Shown piece after piece: positions 52,533 to 61,033 of a stretch of 64,000 nt of DNA. A model generated the notes under the pieces. It did no database searches. It saw only the letters and a program-made list of their open reading frames with translations, and was not told where the DNA came from. How positions within the stretch are numbered: the first letter of the stretch is position 1; each line of letters opens with the position of its first letter. This DNA is from Waltera intestinalis (GTDB lineage Bacteria; Bacteroidota; Bacteroidia; Bacteroidales; Bacteroidaceae): assembly GCA_963628185.1 (NCBI GenBank), contig CAVGEN010000029.1, positions 16,088 to 80,087 on the forward strand, in the 5' to 3' direction. Both the position numbers and the translations under genes were made by a program.

Positions 52533-52605
52533 GACTCGCTAGCTCAGCAGGTAGAGCACAACACTTTTAATGTTGGGGTCATGGGTTCGAGCCCCATGCG
52601 AGTCA
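52533..52605 (+). tRNA. tRNA-Lys (anticodon TTT), CCA not encoded
   Basis: Acceptor GACTCGC/GCGAGTC, anticodon arm CAACA-CTTTTAA-TGTTG, T-arm GGTTCGAGCC; promoter TACCTTTG at 52494-52501. Confidence 0.97.
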
Positions 52606-52612
52606 CAACTCT

Positions 52613-52651
52613 AAAGGGGCAGTTATCATAATGACAACTGCCCCTTTCTTT
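52613..52651 (+). terminator. Terminator after tRNA-Lys
   Basis: AAAGGGGCAGTT/AACTGCCCCTTT stem. Confidence 0.85.
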
Positions 52652-52703
52652 GTATAAATACGCCTTGGGGTTGCAATGCAAGTAAAAGAAAAAGTCAACG
52701 TTC

Positions 52704-52813
52704 CCTTATGAAATCTCCGTTCAACACTATTGAACGGCAATTCAGAAGTGCTGAACGGACATTCAAAACTGTTGAATGCACGTTCAGCACTTTGGAACCA
52801 AGATTTTATAAGG
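52704..52813. repeat. 110-bp element: 13-bp terminal inverted repeats enclosing four tandem 21-bp palindromes
   Basis: CCTTATGAAATCT / AGATTTTATAAGG ends; units at 52717, 52738, 52759 and 52780 with TTCA...TGAA arms. Confidence 0.8.
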
Positions 52814-52828
52814 AAGCAAAGATTTCTA

Positions 52829-53734
52829 CTACCATTCGTTGATGTCAGCATGTGCTTCTATCTTTTTCTCGACACCATCAGGCAGTTTTGAGAAGAAGTC
52901 ATAGCCCGTGATGCGCTCCACCTCATCCACCGAGTTGATGAAGTCGGTTTTCTTCTTTCCCTTTTGCGAGACATTGCGACAGATAAAGCCGATGGCTTGC
53001 GGATTCTCGCCCATGCGGAGCACCACCTTGAAGAAAGCCTCGGGCACCACCACCTTGTTCTTTCCTATCTTGCGATGCTGCTGGTTCAGATAGATAGGGC
53101 CGCAGACAACATACACCTTGCCATATTCCTTCGCCCAGGCACGGCATTGCTGCTCGATGGAGTTCCATACGCCACGGTTCAAGCTATTATTCTGAGGACA
53201 CATATTGGTAATGAGGAAGCAGTCCTCCATCGCCTTCTCGCTCCATTTGTTGTCGCCGGCAGGACACATGTGCCCCCTGTCATAACCACTATTGTAGTAA
53301 TCAGAAAGATAGCCCTTAGGATCGGGCATATCCTCGTCGTCCATGAAATCCATGCGCTGCACACTGCCCGAGGCATGGGTGGAAGTTATCGTCCAAGCCA
53401 CCCAGTTCGGGTTCTTCGTGTCGTGGTTGTAAGACAAGGTGTAGGAATAACGTTTCTTGATGGTTTCCGACAACGTCCCTTTCGTATAGACAGGAAGTTC
53501 CAAACCATCAGCCTCCACGACAGAAGACTTTTCACCATCCCCATTCGCAGCAGTCGCTCCATCCCCATTTTCCGAATCATCCTTTTCCGCTTCGTTCAAA
53601 GCCGAATAAGTTTCAGAAACGACCTTCTTCAACACTTCCTTTCTTTCCGCCTTACTTCCCGAGCATCCGACAAGCACCAAGAAGGCAAACAGGAAAGCGA
53701 GGTTTCCCAATCTCAAAAATTTGAATCTCTTCAT
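52829..53734 (-). CDS. DNA/RNA non-specific endonuclease lipoprotein (NucA/EndA family)
   Basis: Lipobox LVGC, YDRGHMCP, TNMCPQ...LNRGVW, PEAFFKV. Confidence 0.92.
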   Translation of the reverse strand: MKRFKFLRLGNLAFLFAFLVLVGCSGSKAERKEVLKKVVSETYSALNEAEKDDSENGDGATAANGDGEKSSVVEADGLELPVYTKGTLSETIKKRYSYTLSYNHDTKNPNWVAWTITSTHASGSVQRMDFMDDEDMPDPKGYLSDYYNSGYDRGHMCPAGDNKWSEKAMEDCFLITNMCPQNNSLNRGVWNSIEQQCRAWAKEYGKVYVVCGPIYLNQQHRKIGKNKVVVPEAFFKVVLRMGENPQAIGFICRNVSQKGKKKTDFINSVDEVERITGYDFFSKLPDGVEKKIEAHADINEW

Positions 53735-53969
53735 ACTTTAATTTTAATTTAAAAACACCCACAAAGATAGCCAATAAAACATCAACAACTTCAAAGAAAA
53801 CAAGAAAGACGTTAATATTAACAGAGATTAACGATATTTAGATGCAAGATTTATGCATTTGTCAATTTAATTAAGTAGTTTTGCACAACGATTCGGAATG
53901 CTTGGAGAAACGAGCAAACGATTCGGAAGATGCAGACGGATTTAAAGAAATCAATAAACATAAAAGAAA

Positions 53970-54617
53970 ATGAAGAAATTAACATTATTCTCAGTATTGG
54001 CAGTATTGTTTGCAGCCTTGTCGTTCACTTCTTGCAACTCGAGCGATTCGAGCGATGACAGCAGCACAGGTTTGCCAGACCAAGCCACAGCCAAAAGCAT
54101 GCTCCTCAAAGTGGGTGGATACCATAGTTGCGGAGTCCTCCTCCCTGCCGACAAGGACAACAAGATAGAGGACAAGGACAGCATCGAGACTACCTACTAT
54201 GTCAACGCCAACGACAGTTCTTTTAACATCGCTTCTTTCCCAGTAAGCAAGTTTGCCAAATATTTCAAGGACGAAGATTTGGCCAAGGTGGTGGCAGAGC
54301 TTCCCAACCAAGACTTGACGGGCAAGCTTCTTCCTTATTCTGCCAATGGTCCGACGTTTGGCTCCTATCTTAACAACATAAAATTCAGTGCAAACGGCAA
54401 AGAATATTATTTGTTTTTCTATGGAGGCTACACCCCTTACTCCATGGCAGGCTATGCAACCAACAAGACTACCAGCAAACAGGTTTTCGTGATGTACATG
54501 ACGCTTGGGGCAGTTTTCGAGGGTTCTTCAACGACTCCTTTGTCCAACGCCTTGAAAACACAAAGCAGCAGTTATGGTTCTATTCCATACACGCTTTATC
54601 TCATGTACAATCTCTAA
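53970..54617 (+). CDS. Hypothetical lipoprotein (DUF4840-like)
   Basis: Lipobox FTSC followed by an acidic Ser/Asp stretch; FPVS motif; promoter TAGTTTTG at 53876-53883. Confidence 0.6.
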   Translation: MKKLTLFSVLAVLFAALSFTSCNSSDSSDDSSTGLPDQATAKSMLLKVGGYHSCGVLLPADKDNKIEDKDSIETTYYVNANDSSFNIASFPVSKFAKYFKDEDLAKVVAELPNQDLTGKLLPYSANGPTFGSYLNNIKFSANGKEYYLFFYGGYTPYSMAGYATNKTTSKQVFVMYMTLGAVFEGSSTTPLSNALKTQSSSYGSIPYTLYLMYNL

Positions 54618-54706
54618 CAACGAACTCATTTTGAACAACATACAACTTACAAATATATGAAATAGTTAATACTCTCTTAAATAATTAAAACTCATTGAAA
54701 ACTTAG

Positions 54707-54744
54707 AGGCGCAACCATCGTGATGATGATTGCGCCTTATTTTT
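54707..54744. terminator. Terminator between convergent genes
   Basis: AGGCGCAA/TTGCGCCT stem plus T-tract. Confidence 0.7.
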
Positions 54745-54778
54745 TCTCTTCGAGAAGAGAGATCTTCCTACTCTAATA

Positions 54779-56239
54779 TTATTCCTTTCTCCAGAGTTTG
54801 CTCATATCCTCCAGACTCTTGCCCTTGGTCTCAGGCACGAGTTTCCAAACGAAGAGGGCGGCAACGATGCAGATGGCTCCATACAAGCCATAAGTGAACC
54901 AATGGCCGAAGTCATCGCCCGCCACGAGGTGCATATTGAACATCGGCACGAAGGTGGAGCTTACGATGAAGTTGAATATCCACTGGAAGGCGACGGCGAT
55001 GGCAACAGCCGCGCCACGGATGGTATTGGGGAACAGCTCGGCGATGAGCACCCATGCGATAGGTCCCCAAGAGAACATGAAGCTGGCACTATACACCATG
55101 ATACTCAGCATCGTGACGGTGCTCAAAGCTGCATTTCCGAAAGTCAAAGCCACGCCCAAGGCTCCTATCGCCATACCGATGGAACCACAGATGAGCAATG
55201 GCTTACGCCCAAGTTTCTCCACCGTGAACACTGCGACGAGGGTGAACGAGATGTTCACGACACCCATGATGACGGTCTGGACCATCGGATTGCCCATACC
55301 CATGTCTTGGAAGATGCGAGGAGCATAGTAGAGCACGGCGTTGATGCCCACGGCCTGCTGGAACACAGAAAGCATCACACCGACGAAGATGCACATAAAT
55401 CCGTACGAGAACAGTTTCTCCGTCTTCACAGTGACGGTATTCTTGATGTCATGGATAATCTCCTTAGCCTTGCCAGAGCCATTAATCTTGGAGAGGATGC
55501 CGTATGCCTTCTCGTCTTGCCCCACCATCACGAGATAACGCGGTGTCTCTGGCACAAAGCAGATGAGGAAGGTAAACAAGCCCGCCGGCACACACTCGCT
55601 TCCGAACATGTATCTCCAGCCCGTCTCGATAGTCCACTGGGCATCCACCATATTGGCGATGGTGCCAGCCGCATCATAGATAGGATTGGCGTGCTCGCCC
55701 ATGATGATGAAGTTGACGAAATACACTACCAACTGACCGAAGATGATGGCAAACTGATTCCAGCTCACCAACATACCTCGCACATTGCTTGGCGCAATCT
55801 CGCCGATATACATCGGACAGATGGCGGAAGCCATGCCCACACCGATACCACCGAGCACACGATAGAAGTTGAAGACAACCAGCAAAGTCCAGTCGGCCTG
55901 ACCTTGTGGCAGGATGTAAGTCTCAGGCTCCATGGATCCCCATGCCGAGAAGAAGAAGCACACACCCGCAAAGATGAGCGAACGCTTGCGGCCAAACTTG
56001 CTGGCGAAGAGTCCGGAGAGCGAACTACCAATGATGCATCCAATCAAAGCGCTGGAGGACGTGAAACCATGCATGAAGTCGGTGTACTCGAAGTCATCGG
56101 CACCCTTGAAGAATGCCTGCAAACCTTTCTCGGCACCCGATATCACGGCAGTATCGTAACCGAAGAGAAGACCGCCCAGCACGGCGACCATCACGATAGA
56201 GATAAGATAGGCCTTAGAGCCATTTTCGTTTTGTTCCAT
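54779..56239 (-). CDS. xylE: D-xylose:proton symporter (MFS sugar porter)
   Basis: GGLLFGYDTAVISG, PETPR, QQAVGINAVLYY, PETKGKSLE. Confidence 0.88.
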   Translation of the reverse strand: MEQNENGSKAYLISIVMVAVLGGLLFGYDTAVISGAEKGLQAFFKGADDFEYTDFMHGFTSSSALIGCIIGSSLSGLFASKFGRKRSLIFAGVCFFFSAWGSMEPETYILPQGQADWTLLVVFNFYRVLGGIGVGMASAICPMYIGEIAPSNVRGMLVSWNQFAIIFGQLVVYFVNFIIMGEHANPIYDAAGTIANMVDAQWTIETGWRYMFGSECVPAGLFTFLICFVPETPRYLVMVGQDEKAYGILSKINGSGKAKEIIHDIKNTVTVKTEKLFSYGFMCIFVGVMLSVFQQAVGINAVLYYAPRIFQDMGMGNPMVQTVIMGVVNISFTLVAVFTVEKLGRKPLLICGSIGMAIGALGVALTFGNAALSTVTMLSIMVYSASFMFSWGPIAWVLIAELFPNTIRGAAVAIAVAFQWIFNFIVSSTFVPMFNMHLVAGDDFGHWFTYGLYGAICIVAALFVWKLVPETKGKSLEDMSKLWRKE

Positions 56240-56413
56240 AATTTTATTAGGTTTTGATTATTGTTCTTTTTTTGATTTATCCCCATAGTCAATCACATAG
56301 TATATGTACGCAAACACTATGTAATACGTGATTTCTTATAAAATATTACGCCCAATCTGCACTTTTCCCCCATTTTTTTTGTAAATTTGCAACCAAAAAT
56401 GACATAACGCAAT

Positions 56414-57370
56414 ATGAACATAGCAGATTTTCTAAATAAAGAGGGACAGAAGAAGGGCTTTTCATTTGAAGTTCTTCCGCCTTTGAAGGGCAATGGCACG
56501 GCGGCTCTTTTCCGCACCATCGACTCCTTGAAGGAGTTCAACCCTCGCTTTATCAATATTACGACCCACCACAGCGAGTACGTGTACAAGGAGCTTGAGA
56601 ACGGACTGCTCACTCGTTCCCGTGTGCGCCGTCGCCCTGGCACGATTGCCATCGCAGGTGCCATACAGAACAAATACGACATCCCCGTCATCCCCCACAT
56701 CATCTGCAGTGGCGCCACGAAGGAAGACATCGAGTACGAGTTGCTCGACCTCCAGTTTCTGGGCATCTCCAACGTGCTCTTGCTGAGAGGCGACAAGGCG
56801 AAGGAAGACCGCCAGTTCACTCCCACGGAGAATGGCCATGCCCATGCCACCGACCTGCTGAAGCAAGTGACACAGTTCAACGAGGGGTTCTTTGCCGACG
56901 GCTCTGCCATCAAGCACCCGGGCGAAAAGTTCTGCTATGGCGTGGCTTGCTATCCTGAGAAGCATGAGGAAGCTCCCAACATGGAGCAAGACATGCAGCA
57001 CCTCCTGGAGAAGCAGCGGCTTGGCGCGTCGTACGCCGTGACCCAGCTCTTCTACGACAACAAGAAGTTCTACGCCTTTGTGGAGAAGGCTCGCCAGATG
57101 GGCATCACCATACCCATCGTCCCAGCCATCAAACCTTTTGCCAAGTTGAGCCAGCTCACCGTGGTGCCCAAGACCTTCCATTGCGACATCCCCGAGGAAT
57201 TGGCGCAGGAAGTGTTGAAGTGCAAGACCGACGAGGATGCTAGAGCACTCGGCATAGAATGGACTACCGCCCAGGTAAAGGATCTCTTCGAGCATGGCTA
57301 CAACAATGTGCATTTCTTCACTGTTTCGGCAGTGGAGAGCGTGAAACAAATCGCTAAATCACTTTTTTAG
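56414..57370 (+). CDS. metF: Methylenetetrahydrofolate reductase
   Basis: SFEVLPP, LRGD, YPEKH, TQLFYD; promoter TAAATTTG at 56382-56389. Confidence 0.93.
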   Translation: MNIADFLNKEGQKKGFSFEVLPPLKGNGTAALFRTIDSLKEFNPRFINITTHHSEYVYKELENGLLTRSRVRRRPGTIAIAGAIQNKYDIPVIPHIICSGATKEDIEYELLDLQFLGISNVLLLRGDKAKEDRQFTPTENGHAHATDLLKQVTQFNEGFFADGSAIKHPGEKFCYGVACYPEKHEEAPNMEQDMQHLLEKQRLGASYAVTQLFYDNKKFYAFVEKARQMGITIPIVPAIKPFAKLSQLTVVPKTFHCDIPEELAQEVLKCKTDEDARALGIEWTTAQVKDLFEHGYNNVHFFTVSAVESVKQIAKSLF

Positions 57371-57373
57371 ATT

Positions 57374-58534
57374 ATGAAATTCAGTGAAGTTATAGGTCAG
57401 AAAGACGTATGGGGTCGCCTCATGCAGATGGTGGAGGAAGAACGCATCCCCCACGCCATGCTCTTCTGCGGTCCGAAGGGCTGCGGAAAGATGGCCGTCG
57501 CCTTGGCTTTTGCCAGCTATCTGATGGGCGAAAGGGAGGAGGCTCCTTCCGACGTACAGGCTAGCGACGCCCAACGACGTGCCACCATCATGCTCAAGAA
57601 ATGGGAGCATCCCGACCTCCACTTCACCTACCCCACCATCAAGACTTCCGACATGGCGAGCGACCACAAACCTATCAGCGACGACTTTGCGCACCAATGG
57701 AGGGAGTTGCTTGCCAAGGGTCCTTACTTCCAGATCGACGAGTGGATGAGGAAGATGGGAAAGACGGATGCCGACTTCAACAAACAAGCCATTATCACCG
57801 CCGAGGAAACCGACGACCTCGCCCACAAGCTCAACTTCAAGTCGGCGCTCGGCGGAAACAAGGTTAGCTTGATTTGGCTTCCCGAGCGCATGAACCTCAC
57901 GAGCGCCAACAAGATACTGAAACTCCTCGAAGAGCCACCGTCGAAGACTTACTTCGTCATGGTGAGCGAGGAGCCGGAGCATCTCCTCGAAACCATCCGA
58001 AGCCGCACCCAGCGCATCGACTTCAAGAAGATAGACGACGAGAGCATCGAGCAAGCCCTGATCCACCAGAGAGGCTTGGTGCCCGACATGGCCCACCGCA
58101 TCGCCCGCATCGCCCACGGCAACTGGAACGCCGCCCTCGAGGAACTGGACTCGGGCAATGAGAACCGCCAGCATCTCGACATGTTCATCATGCTCATGCG
58201 ACTTGCCTATATGCGCAACATCCACGACCTGAAGAAGTGGAGCGAGGTGGTGGCTACCTTCGGACGCGAGAAGCAGAAGCGCATGCTCGACTACTTCACC
58301 CACATGCTCCGCGAGAGTTTCATGTACAACTTCCGCCAGCCCGACATCAGTTACATGACGCAGGACGAGGAGAACTTCGCCAAGAACTTCGCACGGTTCA
58401 TCAACGAGGCAAACGTCATCGACATCTTCAATCTCTTCGACGAGTGCAAGCGGTTCATCGGTCAGAACGCCAACGCCAAGATTGTGTTCTTCGACCTGGC
58501 GCTGAAGATTATCGTGTTGCTCATCAGGAAGTGA
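57374..58534 (+). CDS. holB: DNA polymerase III delta' subunit
   Basis: HAMLFCGPKGCGK, HPDLH, ANKILKLLEEPP, TIRSR. Confidence 0.9.
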   Translation: MKFSEVIGQKDVWGRLMQMVEEERIPHAMLFCGPKGCGKMAVALAFASYLMGEREEAPSDVQASDAQRRATIMLKKWEHPDLHFTYPTIKTSDMASDHKPISDDFAHQWRELLAKGPYFQIDEWMRKMGKTDADFNKQAIITAEETDDLAHKLNFKSALGGNKVSLIWLPERMNLTSANKILKLLEEPPSKTYFVMVSEEPEHLLETIRSRTQRIDFKKIDDESIEQALIHQRGLVPDMAHRIARIAHGNWNAALEELDSGNENRQHLDMFIMLMRLAYMRNIHDLKKWSEVVATFGREKQKRMLDYFTHMLRESFMYNFRQPDISYMTQDEENFAKNFARFINEANVIDIFNLFDECKRFIGQNANAKIVFFDLALKIIVLLIRK

Positions 58535-58543
58535 TACAAGAGG

Positions 58544-58718
58544 AATGTTAAGTGTTAAATGTTAAATGTCAGATGAAGCACACGCCATCATTGACAGGTA
58601 ATATTTACGAAGGTCCACACCTACTTAACATTAAGAAGAAAGAAATATAAAAAACTATATATATAAAACAAGGAAGGCGACAGCCCAACTTAACATTTAA
58701 CACTTAACATTTAACATT
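58544..58718. repeat. Inverted heptamer-array cassette (AATGTTA)n...(TAACATT)n
   Basis: Perfect 22-bp inverted repeat at 58544-58565 and 58690-58711. Confidence 0.8.
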
Positions 58719-58725
58719 GAAATAG

Positions 58726-60168
58726 ATGGACTATAAGAATATGAAATTCAGAATGTGGAACGGATGCGACCGAGGGCTTTGCTGCAAGGCTTGTGGCCGC
58801 CAGGACCGCCAGCTGAATACCTACGACTGGCTTGCCGACGTTCCGGGCAATGCCGAGAGCACCGACCTCGTGGAGGTGCAATTCAAGAATACCCGCAAGG
58901 GATATTATCACAATGTCAACAACCTCGACCTCAAGAAGGGCGACGTGGTGGCAGTAGAGGCTAGCCCGGGCCACGACATCGGCGTGGTTACGTTGACTGG
59001 CCGTCTGGTGAAGCTCCAAATCAAGAAAGCCAACCTGAAGTCGGCCGACGACATCAAGCGCATCTACCGCATCGCCAAGCCTGTGGACATCGAGAAATGC
59101 AAGGAGGCGAAGAGCCGCGAGCACGACACGATGATACAGAGCCGACAGATAGCCAAGGACTTGGGCTTGAAGATGAAAATCGGCGACGTGGAGTACCAAG
59201 GCGACGGCAACAAGGCCATCTTCTATTATATCGCCGACGAGCGTGTCGATTTCCGCCAACTCATCAAGGTCTTGGCGGATACCTTCCATGTACGTATCGA
59301 GATGAAGCAGATCGGTGCTCGCCAGGAGGCCGGGCGCATCGGCGGAACGGGACCTTGCGGCCGTGAGCTATGCTGTGCCACCTGGATGAAGAACTTCGTA
59401 AGCGTAAGCACCAATGCCGCCCGCTTCCAAGATATCTCCTTGAACCCACAGAAGTTGGCCGGCATGTGCGCCAAGTTGAAGTGCTGCCTCAACTACGAGG
59501 TGGACAACTATGTGGAGGCAAGCAAGAAGATTCCTGCCCGCGACATCGTACTACAGACGGCAGACGGCGACTTCCATCAGTTTAAGACCGACATCCTCGC
59601 CGGTCTCATCACCTACTCTTCCGACAAGAACATGGCTTCCAACCTGGAGACCATCACTGCGGAACGAGCCAAGGAAATCATCGAGATGAACCGCCGTGGC
59701 GAGAAGCCACTCACCCTATTGGAAGACGGCCATGTCAAGGAGAAGCCAAAGTCGGTAGATTTACTGGCAGAAGCCGACCTCAGCCGTTTCGACAAGGCGA
59801 AGAAAAAGAAGAAGAACAACAAGAATCGCAACAACAATCGTCCAACGGGCGAAAAAGGCGAGAGAAACAGACAGAATCCACAGAATGGAAATGGGCAGAA
59901 CGCAGCTACCAGCAACAATGCCGAGAAGGTAAACGCCGCTCCTAACAAAGAGCAAGGGCAATCTCAGCCTAACGCACAGCAGGGACAACCTCGGCAGAAC
60001 GCACAACAGGGTGAACGCCAAGACAAGCAGGGCAATCGTCGCGACAACAACCGCCGCCGCGACAACCGCAATCGTGGCAACCGCCCACAGGGAGAACGCC
60101 CACAACGCCCACAGGGCGACAACCGCCCTCCGAGAGACCGCAAGCCAGCCCCTGAGAGCCAAGAATAA
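58726..60168 (+). CDS. PSP1/RicT (YaaT)-family protein with a long disordered C-terminal tail
   Basis: RVDFRQL, GPCGRELCC, AGMCAKLKCCLNYE; N/Q/R-rich tail. Confidence 0.9.
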   Translation: MDYKNMKFRMWNGCDRGLCCKACGRQDRQLNTYDWLADVPGNAESTDLVEVQFKNTRKGYYHNVNNLDLKKGDVVAVEASPGHDIGVVTLTGRLVKLQIKKANLKSADDIKRIYRIAKPVDIEKCKEAKSREHDTMIQSRQIAKDLGLKMKIGDVEYQGDGNKAIFYYIADERVDFRQLIKVLADTFHVRIEMKQIGARQEAGRIGGTGPCGRELCCATWMKNFVSVSTNAARFQDISLNPQKLAGMCAKLKCCLNYEVDNYVEASKKIPARDIVLQTADGDFHQFKTDILAGLITYSSDKNMASNLETITAERAKEIIEMNRRGEKPLTLLEDGHVKEKPKSVDLLAEADLSRFDKAKKKKKNNKNRNNNRPTGEKGERNRQNPQNGNGQNAATSNNAEKVNAAPNKEQGQSQPNAQQGQPRQNAQQGERQDKQGNRRDNNRRRDNRNRGNRPQGERPQRPQGDNRPPRDRKPAPESQE

Positions 60169-60211
60169 TCATCTATTTGATACACAAAGAATAAAGAAAG
60201 GTAAGAAAAGA

Positions 60212-60709
60212 ATGAAAAGACCATTCTATACCTTATTAACAATAGGAGCCATCCTGTTCACTTCCCTTCTCTCATCCTGCAAGGATGCGTTGGTATATGA
60301 CCAATTTACCCACACTCCCATTGCAGGATGGGAGAAGAACGACACGCTCTCGTTCGAGATTCCCCCTCTCGCCGCAAGCGGCTATTACCAAGAGCAGTTG
60401 GGGCTGCGCATCACGGGAGCCTACCCTTTCATGGGCTTGACCCTCATCGTGGAGCAAACCATCTATCCCGACAAGGATAAGAAATGGGAGAAGTCTGTGA
60501 AGGTAGATACCATCCAGTGTGACCTCATCGACAAGAATGGTGTCACCAAGGGGCAAGGCATCAGCTATTACCAATACAACTTCCCCATCAACGTATATCA
60601 CATCAGCGAAAAAGACTCCATCCATGTCACTGTTCGCCACGACATGAAGCGAGAAATCCTCCCGGGCATCAGCGACATTGGCTTGAAGCTAAGCCGGGTG
60701 AAGGAATAA
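60212..60709 (+). CDS. gldH: GldH-family lipoprotein
   Basis: Lipobox LSSC, GWEKNDTL, YPF, HDMKREILPGISDIG; start taken at ATG 60212. Confidence 0.8.
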   Translation: MKRPFYTLLTIGAILFTSLLSSCKDALVYDQFTHTPIAGWEKNDTLSFEIPPLAASGYYQEQLGLRITGAYPFMGLTLIVEQTIYPDKDKKWEKSVKVDTIQCDLIDKNGVTKGQGISYYQYNFPINVYHISEKDSIHVTVRHDMKREILPGISDIGLKLSRVKE

Positions 60710-60802
60710 AAAGAAGCAAGAGAAAGTACAATTAATCATACTTTTTCTTGCTTTTTTGTTTTTTCTTTGTACTTTTGCACCCAAAGTACAATATATTGTC
60801 CG

Positions 60803-60868
60803 ATGAATATTCAAGAAGTAATGAAAGACCAACGTAAAAAGTTGGGCATCACACAACATATACCTTAA
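60803..60868 (+). pseudogene. Truncated XRE/HipB-like HTH regulator (21 aa)
   Basis: MNIQEVMKDQRKKLGITQ then HIP-stop; TACTTTTG promoter at 60770-60777. Confidence 0.6.
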
Positions 60869-60998
60869 TTACATATACGGATTTTTTAGCTGTCAACTAC
60901 CAATCCACTTGCGGAAAATCGAACTGTCACTGTCACCTGTCACCACTTGCTGATTTTTCCCAACAGTAACCGTAACCAGCAATCAAGAGAGCAGGAAA

Positions 60999-61031
60999 AC
61001 TCTTCACTCTTCGTTTTTCACCCTTCACTTA
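60999..61031 (-). repeat. 33-bp dispersed gene-end repeat, copy 3
   Basis: TAAGTGAAGGGTGAAAAACGAAGAGTGAAGAGT, 2 bp after the rodA stop. Confidence 0.75.
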
Positions 61032-61033
61032 AT

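Noticed and set aside
52717..52800. Possible mini-CRISPR array
   Set aside because: Units are contiguous 21-mers without spacers and there are no cas genes; kept as a repeat element instead.
52533..54617. Genomic island integrated at tRNA-Lys
   Set aside because: No integrase and no duplicated tRNA 3' end found downstream.
54902..56257. 451-aa plus-strand ORF
   Set aside because: Antisense shadow of xylE.
60212..60709. Gliding motility locus
   Set aside because: A lone gldH homolog next to holB/PSP1 is common in non-gliding Bacteroidales.
60924..60980. Short CTGTCAC and GTAACC repeats
   Set aside because: Too short and few to support any assignment.
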